The translations under genes were made by a program, and so were the position numbers. Shown piece after piece: positions 56,329 through 64,000 of a stretch of DNA of 64,000 nt. The stretch lies in NCBI GenBank assembly GCA_010909165.1, contig MU008154.1:310001-374000 (forward strand), written 5' to 3'. Within the stretch, counting starts at the first letter, position 1; the number at the start of each line of letters is the position of its first letter. The stretch is from Anthoceros angustus (lineage: Eukaryota; Plantae; Anthocerotophyta). A model generated the notes under the pieces. It had not been told where the DNA came from. It searched no databases and saw only the letters and a list, made by a program, of their open reading frames with translations.

Positions 56329-59300
56329 TTTTCTTTCCACCCGTTGAAGCATCAGCAGTGGATCTACGAGCAAGGGATAAGAAGAGCGGGACAGGCGGAG
56401 ATGACATCCTTCACTGGCTAGTACGCTTTACATGATAGTAAGCTACAGTAGAATTCCTGTATAAGCATGGAATCCTTGCTCATGATTTGCAAACAATGTC
56501 ACCAGCCAGCCACAACAATTGAGTCTACTCAAGGTTTCTCTGGCTGACAAATCCACTAAATAAAAGACCTCGAATCTTGTAAGACACGGATCGACTGAAG
56601 GAAAAAACAGAAAAAGATAAGAGTATAGTAGCTCATTCCTGACTGCCTGGGTGGTAGCTCGCATGTCAAGTAGCAGGGCCAACCCTTGTGTCAACAGCAA
56701 CGGATACCCACTTAGGATCATACCTTTGATCCATGCTTTCCTGGAACTAATATGTACAAGTCCTGCCTTTGCACGGTGGTAATGCCTTTTGGAAGCCGGA
56801 ACCTCACCTAAGAAAGGTCATCTCACAATTTGTTTTTTTAGCGGAACTGGTATGCAATTTGAATCCAAAGCAGTAGGAAATGTGTTTCATGTTGTTTTAG
56901 AATTCAGTATTGAATTATTCAGGCCATTGAACAAGGTGATTAGGTAGAGACCATGCTGTCATTACTGTAGGATGGGGATCTGCACTTGGGGTCAGCCTGC
57001 TCCGGGGCTACACACACAGATGAGTACAAACTCCTACCCACGATGTTGCTAGGGACATGCCACCATTAGCTCATACATGCCCTTACAAATACTCCCTTCC
57101 AGTTCCTACAGGCTCCAATTGTAAGAAAGCCTATACAGGATTTGAGCAGTCCGTGCCAATATGCGAGTGCAGGGAAGACACGACCTGGCTGTGTCGCCTG
57201 ACCCTCAGCAGTAAGCCCAAAACACAACTGATGATACAAGAACAGCAATCCAGGCCTGATGCAGGCTCCAAGGACAACTTTCCAGTACAGCAAATGCGAA
57301 ATAATCCACAGCATACAACGTTCATCAGATTTGCAAGACATGAAAGGTCCGAAGCAATGGCCTGTCGTCACGAGTGCAGCTCTGAAGGAGAAGCGAAGGT
57401 GCATGCAGATGTCCTCCAACCCTGCTGAGGGGGGTGAAGCCATCAAATTTATACATGTCTTGCTCAGCTATTCTGGTCACTACACTGAGGGGGGGACGTG
57501 CCTCCATCACACGTTTCCTGATCCTGCTAAGGTTATCGCAAAAATCTCGGACATGGGCGTTCCTGGCCACTGGGTTTAACTTACGTAGCTGGTGGCATCT
57601 TGGCATGAATCCATGGCGTTCATCTCACATTACCTACAGCTCTTTCCGCCGCAAAGGGGTTGAGAGGGATTTACACATGATCCATAACAGATATGTACCA
57701 AGTTACTGGGTTTTGAGAAGTCTCTTCTTTCTTGTTCCTCACCCTGACCTCAGATTGCCTTGTTCTTCTATGTCATGCTCTTTTGTGCAATCGCTTTATA
57801 GTAGCTGCCTGCACTCAGATGGATCACCTCTTGCTTCAGTTTACAGTTGCAACATAAAAACACGTCAATCCCAGATGAGAGGGATTGGTATATGTAGGGA
57901 TCTGGCGAAACGTCATGCTTGCGTATCCTTACAATATCATCTGATGTCATGCAGTTCATGAGCACCACACATGCTTTCCAGCTATCCAAAGGTCCATATC
58001 GGAGCATTCCTATGCCAAAGCTGTCATGGTTGTACACAAATGGCTAGGAAGGGATGACTCAGGCTGCATATCATCTCGTAGCCGAGCTGCTCTCACCAAC
58101 TTTGATACGTAGGTGGAAGTGGACAGTGGAGCTGTTCTGAGAAGAAGGTTGCAAGCACGGCAGTTTCCAAGCATTGAGCCACCTTCAAGGCAAACGAGGT
58201 CGATCCTCAGAAGACAGAGGACAGGAAAACTTGAAAAGACCAGGAGCGATGCACACGTAGGTGCTCCAGCAGTGGTATGTAGTGGATGGGATGAGGTTTT
58301 GTGGACCCGACACTGTTGTCAGTTTACAGCTACAATTGCGAGGGCTCCCGGTCATCTGGCCGCGGGAAATAGTCAAGGTGCATGCTGCTGCTCTGAGACA
58401 CCCCGTCCAAGAGGACATATAGCTGGAGGCGAATCTTCCTGCGAGGGTGGTTGCCAGGAGCTCTTACGTCCAGAGTCCCAGGAGGTGGTCTTGCTGAACA
58501 TTTTCTGCTAGCCAGGTTGGGTGGGTGGGGAGCTTGATGTGGAGGTGGGCTATCCTGCATCAAGATCCACTGGAGCTTAGCGCACGATCCTGATCCTCGC
58601 AGGCCTGCAGGATAGGCCTGCAGGATACGACAGGGATGTGACTCCTGAATCCGTGAGCAAGCTATGTCGTGAGGGCTTTCTTGCTGAGGCTGTTGAGGCT
58701 CTGGGAGTTCTGGTGCAGACGGACTGTTTTATTGACATAGGTCATTTCTATACCGTCCTGAAGGGCTGTGTGATGAAGAAGGCGCTTCTCTAAACTGCTG
58801 AAGTGGCTGGGGAAATGGGTATCAGTACTGAGGGCAACCCAGCTCTGGAGAAGGGGAATCAGCTTCACGGGAAATTCAGAGAAGCTGTATCCCAAAGAAG
58901 CTCAATAATTAGGAAAGAGTTTAATTATCATACATAAAATGGACATGGAACATTACATGCGATTAACCACTTCGGTGGCAAAACAAGTTGAGTTTTTTCT
59001 TTCTGGTGTACAATTTTGATAAGAATTAGTAACATATTGATGCAGCGTATTGAGAGCTATGAACGTCCATCAAGTTATGAGCAAGAAACATCTTACTCGG
59101 CCTACTGCAAGCACAAAAGTGCTCAGCTACTTGGTGACCTTGGTGCACAAGTAGCTATTGTGTTTTTACTACTTGTCTTCATTTCTTTGAATAAAAGAAT
59201 TATTGTACGAAGGAAATAAAAGAGATAAGGAGAAATATCTTGGACATTGACCGCTGGCCTCTCATTTAGACCAAGTTTTGGTGGTACTCGGAATGCTAAA

Positions 59301-59827
59301 TATTTTGTTTTTATAATCAGAAACAAAGTTTTGTCTCAAGTAAGGCTGTAGCACAGCGAAACAAGACAAAATTTAAGTACAAAGACAAAGATACGCTAGT
59401 GAAGAAACAAACATGAATGAAATTTAAAATAGCACCCATTTTTAAAGAACCATGAATAAAAATTTTTGTTTTTTTAAAGAAATAGTACATTTTAAGTAGA
59501 AGAAGGAGAAGATTCTTAATCTATTCAAGCTAGAAGCTAAGCTACTCTAAAATTTCAAATTGAAGGCAAAAACATCATGATCAACATAGCATGATCAGTT
59601 TAGTACCTTTCACCTAACTATGCAACTACGCAGTACAATCTTGATACATTAGTAGAAGTTTGTGTACTATAGAGATATTAATTCGAAGATGAGTTTCTTT
59701 GAATTGTGAGTTTCTTTGATACTTTCCCTCAACAAAGAACAAGAACATACCCTAGGGCTATTTGTAATTTACAGCAAGGAGCTGGATCTTCTTTCAAGTA
59801 GCTGATAATCACTATTTGATATCACAA

Positions 59828-60932
59828 TTAGTTACACTCAGGTAGAAACCCTCGAGGATATCTTTTAATATCCTTACAATAATCATAGATCATATAATTG
59901 AGCCTCACCCAACTCAAAGCACGCACTTGTTGATTACTTAATGATGATAATAAAGGATGGTTTCCAAGAAATACATTCGATGGATTAAAGGAATAACACA
60001 CAGGTTCCATTTCAATAGATTCTCCAACAATGCAACCACTCATGATAACATTTGTATAGATAGCAGTAAAAGGAGCAAATGTATAATTCACTTTGTACTG
60101 GCCTCCATCAGTAGCCCATGAGGAGGCATCCCAAATGGTAGCATATATTGACATAGGTTTAAATGGATATTGTTTGCCTAATCCGTTAACATTTCGATAT
60201 TCTCGAATGGGAATTTCATCCACAAAAAAACTGCATACAAAGTATGGATGTCTTTAAAATTGCTATCTTTCAATAGCATTGAGTGTAAAAAACTTGAAAG
60301 CTTTTTGGGAATGTAGCTTACACTGTATGAGAGGGTGTCCACAAAATAGCATAACGATGAAAATCCAATGTTGGATCAAACCATAATCGAAACCTCTGTT
60401 CTCTCCCAATTTGAGTGCTTCCATCACCATAAATGTTGGTCTGAATGACATATTGCTCTCCAGGAATAGTTCCCAAAAATTCCAAGTCAAATTCGTCATG
60501 TCTATTTCCATACACTTCGTTGTTTGATGCCTGCAAGTGAGCACAAAAAAATTTAACTTGAAATCTATGTACATCTATATGAACACAATAATGTTTGAAA
60601 ATGTTAGTTCTTACATAAAATGTTGTCACTACACCAGCTGTGTAGTTTGCGGGTAGTTTGATTGAGGCACTAAAAAACCCGTGTAAGTAGGCATTTTTCG
60701 ACTTGATACCACTTCCTGAATATCGGTCCAAATTCAATTTTATTTGAGATGCATCTTTAGAGACTTCCTGATGATCCGAAGCCCATATATTTGAAAACTC
60801 CTTATCAAAGGTTGAAGGTTGGAAAAGATCAGAAACTATAACTCCAGGAAATGGAGGAGCTTCAAATAGTGCATGAATACGTAAGAGATATAAGCTCAAA
60901 CTCATAACCATGCACAAAATCTTCCAAGACAT
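59828..60932 (-). CDS. XTH: Xyloglucan endotransglucosylase/hydrolase (GH16), group III-like; 3 exons (60932-60615, 60530-60322, 60230-59828)
   Basis: Signal peptide, YTAGVVTTFY, HDEFDLEFLG (catalytic ExDxE), GREQRFRLWFDPT, TIWDASSWAT and YDYC.D..RYP. Confidence 0.95.
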
Positions 60933-61256
60933 AATTTAGAATTGGTTTTCCACTGCAGAAAATCCCCAGCTAGGTACTGGCTAGTTATGCACTTGGAGTA
61001 AAGCTATGGTCTTGGACTTGGACACTAAGACTAGTGTCACTCTTTGCCAGCACTATAACTACCTATAGTCTTTATTGGCCCTTGCTGGCATTAGCTGGCA
61101 ATAAGACCGTTGTCCACCTAATAATAACCAAATAAGTATTCATAAGGAGAAAGAAGAGAATTATAACCAACTAGGTAGTATAGGTAGCATATACATTAAG
61201 TAAATCGTGTCTTTTGCTACCATTTTAGCATGCCATGGAGGTTCTTGAGACAGTAC

Positions 61257-61889
61257 ATGAAGGAGAAGACACTTTGGAATCGAAACCAGAAACAAAGGTA
61301 TAGAAAAATTGAAATGCAAGTGAGTGTAAAATAATGAGCATCTATACTAACAATGTTATCAGCAACTAGGTATGTCATCCTTGAGCTTTGCAATCTCTTG
61401 AACCCTGAAATCAAGACATACTTCAGATTGTTCTTTCTAGCTACTTGGAGTATGCTCCCAAATACAGGTTCCTTCCTGGAAAGGCTAAGGAAATCATTGC
61501 CGAGGCCATGAGAGAAAAACTAAAAGGTGCTACCTACGATCCAGATCAAGCACCTACTTGGGCTCGGGAAATTAGTGACTCCGTGAAGCAGCGTGTAAAG
61601 AAAGGTGCCTTACTTGATCATGTATCATTTTGGGAGCGGTGTTCAATCTTGCATCTTTGGCAACCTCACTCAGTTGGTAGATTGAATTGAGGCAGTGTTG
61701 AATGCAGAAATGCAACTTGAGCGATACAAAGTGATAGTCCAAGCTTGCATAGGCGAACAACGTGGCCAAGGATTTCAGATGACATGTCGCTGCTTCTGGG
61801 ATCCTCGTACAGATGATTTTGCCGAGGAGACTTATGTAAATGATAGTCTGTTTTGCGTGACAGTGGCCTTTGCAATTTATTTGAGTTAA
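61257..61889 (+). CDS. TCTEX1D2: Tctex1-domain dynein light chain (IFT dynein-2 type); 3 exons (about 61257-61297, 61441-61604, 61708-61889), 5' exon tentative
   Basis: RFLPGKAKEII...REKL...YDP..AP...REISDSVKQRVK, RYKVIVQ..IGEQRGQG..MTCRCFWD..TD and NDSLFCV..AFAIY. Confidence 0.9.
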
Positions 61890-62810
61890 CAACAGTACCA
61901 TTAGCAATATCAATCCCTACCATCTTGAAATGACATGTCACCGAGAAAGAAAGCCACAGTCTAAGATGTTTGCTTCTCTTCATGGAAGCAGGGTGTGATG
62001 TTTGTTGGGAAGCATGGAGGAAGGAGGAGTGAAACTAAGTGTGCGGTAGAGATGGGATAACGATGAGCTGCTGAACATCCTGGTGGATTGCATGTGTGCA
62101 TACGTGGGGAGCGCAGATTGATGAGGCTCACGAGTCACCACCCGACAATCACAAGAGGGTGGGCGATCACGACGAGGTGGTGGATGTTGCAGAGACGGCG
62201 GTGTTTAGCGAGGAAAGAAGGAAAGAAAAAAAAAGTGGAGTGGGAACAGAAAGGAAGAAAGGCAAGAGAGACGTGCAGGTCGTGAGGGCGCCGGCGGCAA
62301 GAAAGGCTAGTCCTGGCCTACATGGCGCCGAGGACGACGGGTCACGACGCCATCTCACTGCCACGCTGGCGAAGGCGAGGTGGAATTGTGCTGCTTGGAG
62401 CTCCTGCCCGCGTCCCCTTCGCTTCTCTCGTCCTCGTCGTCTTCGTCGTGTTCGTCCGGCCGAGCCAGGCCGATGCATGTTGGTAGATCCCCGCCACCCG
62501 CAGTCTTCCACCACCCAAGTGAGCGAGCAAGCCCTGCGCAGCGAGAGAAGCAGGGCAAGAATCAGCCACCGCCGGATCGATCCGCCGGGAGGGGAAGCAG
62601 GGAGGGAGCAGGGAGCAGGGAATCGGAATCAGGATCTGCCGCAATTGGGCTCCATGACGGGCCGGGCCTGCCCCCGGCGGGCTGCTAATCGGGTGCGCAT
62701 GGCCGGGGTGGAGCCGATCTGACTGACGCCTTCCCGCTGCCCGCCGCCGTGGTTGGTGTCGTGGGTGGGTGCCATGGCCGCGGCGCTGTCGCTGGCGCTG
62801 TGCCCCGGGG

Positions 62811-64000
62811 TGCAGGGGGAGCGGGGGGTGCGGGTGCGCCTCCCTCACGTGACCCAGGGACGTGACGGGTGGAGGAGGCACGTGATGCCTGGTGCTGCTG
62901 GAGGGCGTGGGCTGTGCGAGTTGAGGTTCCGGAGGAGAGCCGGCGGGGAGCAGGAGCGCGGAATTGGGGGCGCTGAAGCTGAGCCTGGGAGGGTGAAGCT
63001 CGCGCAGCGCGGCATTCCGATTCCCAGGTCTTTGTCATTTGATAGCTGGTTCTTTCGTCTCGTGGGGCTGGGGCTTGTTCACGTGAGTGAGAATAATGGG
63101 TTGCTGGCGAGGAGGCTGGGCTCGGGAGAGGTCATGAACGTGCTTGTTCACCCAGGGAGATGTGGTTTCCAGAGGCATGACAGGGCTTGGAAGAAGGGCT
63201 TCGGCTCTGGCCTCGGGCGGGCTTTGGTGTGGAACCGGGGTGTGACTGCTGGTGGTGGTGATGCAGGATCCGATGGCTCTGGTGAGTGTTGTATGTTGTT
63301 TGTGTGATGGATGGATGGATGGATGGATGGATGGATGGGGTTGTTTGTTTGCTTGTTTCTGGAGGTTGGAGGTTGATTGTGTGTGGTTTGGGGATGGGGA
63401 TGCAGATTGGAGCCATGTGTGTGAGGCTTCGAAGAAGGGGAACAACAACCCGCAGTCTATTCCTCCTGAGGAGGACTCGGACCCTAAGAGAAAGCAAGGA
63501 GATGGGCAGCAGAGTGGTGATGCCACCAGGTCGTCCTTCCCAGGCCGCCCATGGTGCCGGAGACGGACTGGAGGCTTGTTCGTGCTCGTTTGGTTGCTGG
63601 AGAGCAGGCTCCACGGGGAGCGGGAGTGGAGGAGATGCAGGGGAGCGGGGTGGTGCGCCTCCCTCACGTGACCCAGGGACGTGACGGGTGGAGGAGGCAC
63701 GTGATGCCTGGTGCTGCTGGAGGGCGTGGGCTGTGCGAGTTGAGGTTCCGGAGGAGAGCCGGCGGGGAGCAGGAGCGCGGAATTGGGGGCGCTGAAGCTG
63801 AGCCTGGGAGGGTGAAGCTCGCGCAGCGCGGCATTCCGATTCCCAGGTCTTTGTCATTTGATAGCTGGTTCTTTCGTCTCGTGGGCTGGGGCTTGTTCAC
63901 GTGAGTGAGAATAATGGGTTGCTGGCGAGGAGGCTGGGGCTCGGAGAGGTCATGAACGTGCTTGTTCACCCAGGGAGATGTGGTTTCAGAGGCATGACAG
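62811..64000. repeat. GC-rich tandem duplication, 824-bp period (62811-63634, then 63635 to the window end), containing a (GGAT)n microsatellite at 63307-63338
   Basis: 62813-63183 is nearly identical to 63637-64000, differing mainly by 1-nt homopolymer indels. Confidence 0.93.

Noticed and set aside
55483-56373. 296-aa and 210-aa minus-strand ORFs
   Set aside because: Antisense shadows of the PRISE CDS.
1-64000. rRNA, tRNA, snoRNA or organellar insertions; GTG/TTG starts in the ORF track
   Set aside because: No tRNA cloverleaf or rRNA conserved motifs were recognised by eye (tRNAscan or Infernal would be decisive). Alternative starts reflect bacterial-style ORF calling and were replaced by ATG or splice-based models.

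Overview
This is gene-dense eukaryotic plant DNA with short (about 50-120 nt) GT-AG introns. Gene content and architecture point to a non-seed vascular plant with flagellated sperm, most likely a Selaginella-type lycophyte (inference from the TCTEX1D2 ciliary gene, compact introns and PPR content). About 20 protein-coding genes are supported: MTP12 (5' end outside the window), an RbfA-domain protein, a GT47 xyloglucan galactosyltransferase-like protein, lumazine synthase, a large P-class PPR, GLE1, an ASR3-like trihelix TF, CLASRP, CZIB/UPF0587, GDT1, EAF, a divergent TPST-like sulfotransferase, a small conserved plant protein, cycloartenol synthase, cytochrome b5, Asn-tRNA synthetase, a Uma2/PD-(D/E)XK nuclease-like ORF, PRISE/VEP1, a group III XTH and TCTEX1D2. 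Accessory islands between them hold pseudogenes (PLS-class PPR, 1-Cys peroxiredoxin), a LINE zinc-knuckle relic, a CACTA-like relic, a SINE-like family with (TTC)n tails (including a ~170-bp-arm inverted repeat) and many local tandem duplications. No rRNA, tRNA or CRISPR array is supported. The strongest lead is the 52.2-56.3 kb module. It contains an intact, AT-rich restriction-endonuclease-fold (Uma2/Crinkler-REase-like) gene flanked on its 3' side by a hairpin-forming repeat. This gene is divergently paired with PRISE across a tandemly amplified G-box unit. Second is the intact, intronless TPST paralog with remodelled PAPS-binding motifs. All family assignments come from motif recognition by eye, with no database search. 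Exon boundaries were derived by hand from GT/AG signals and frame consistency.
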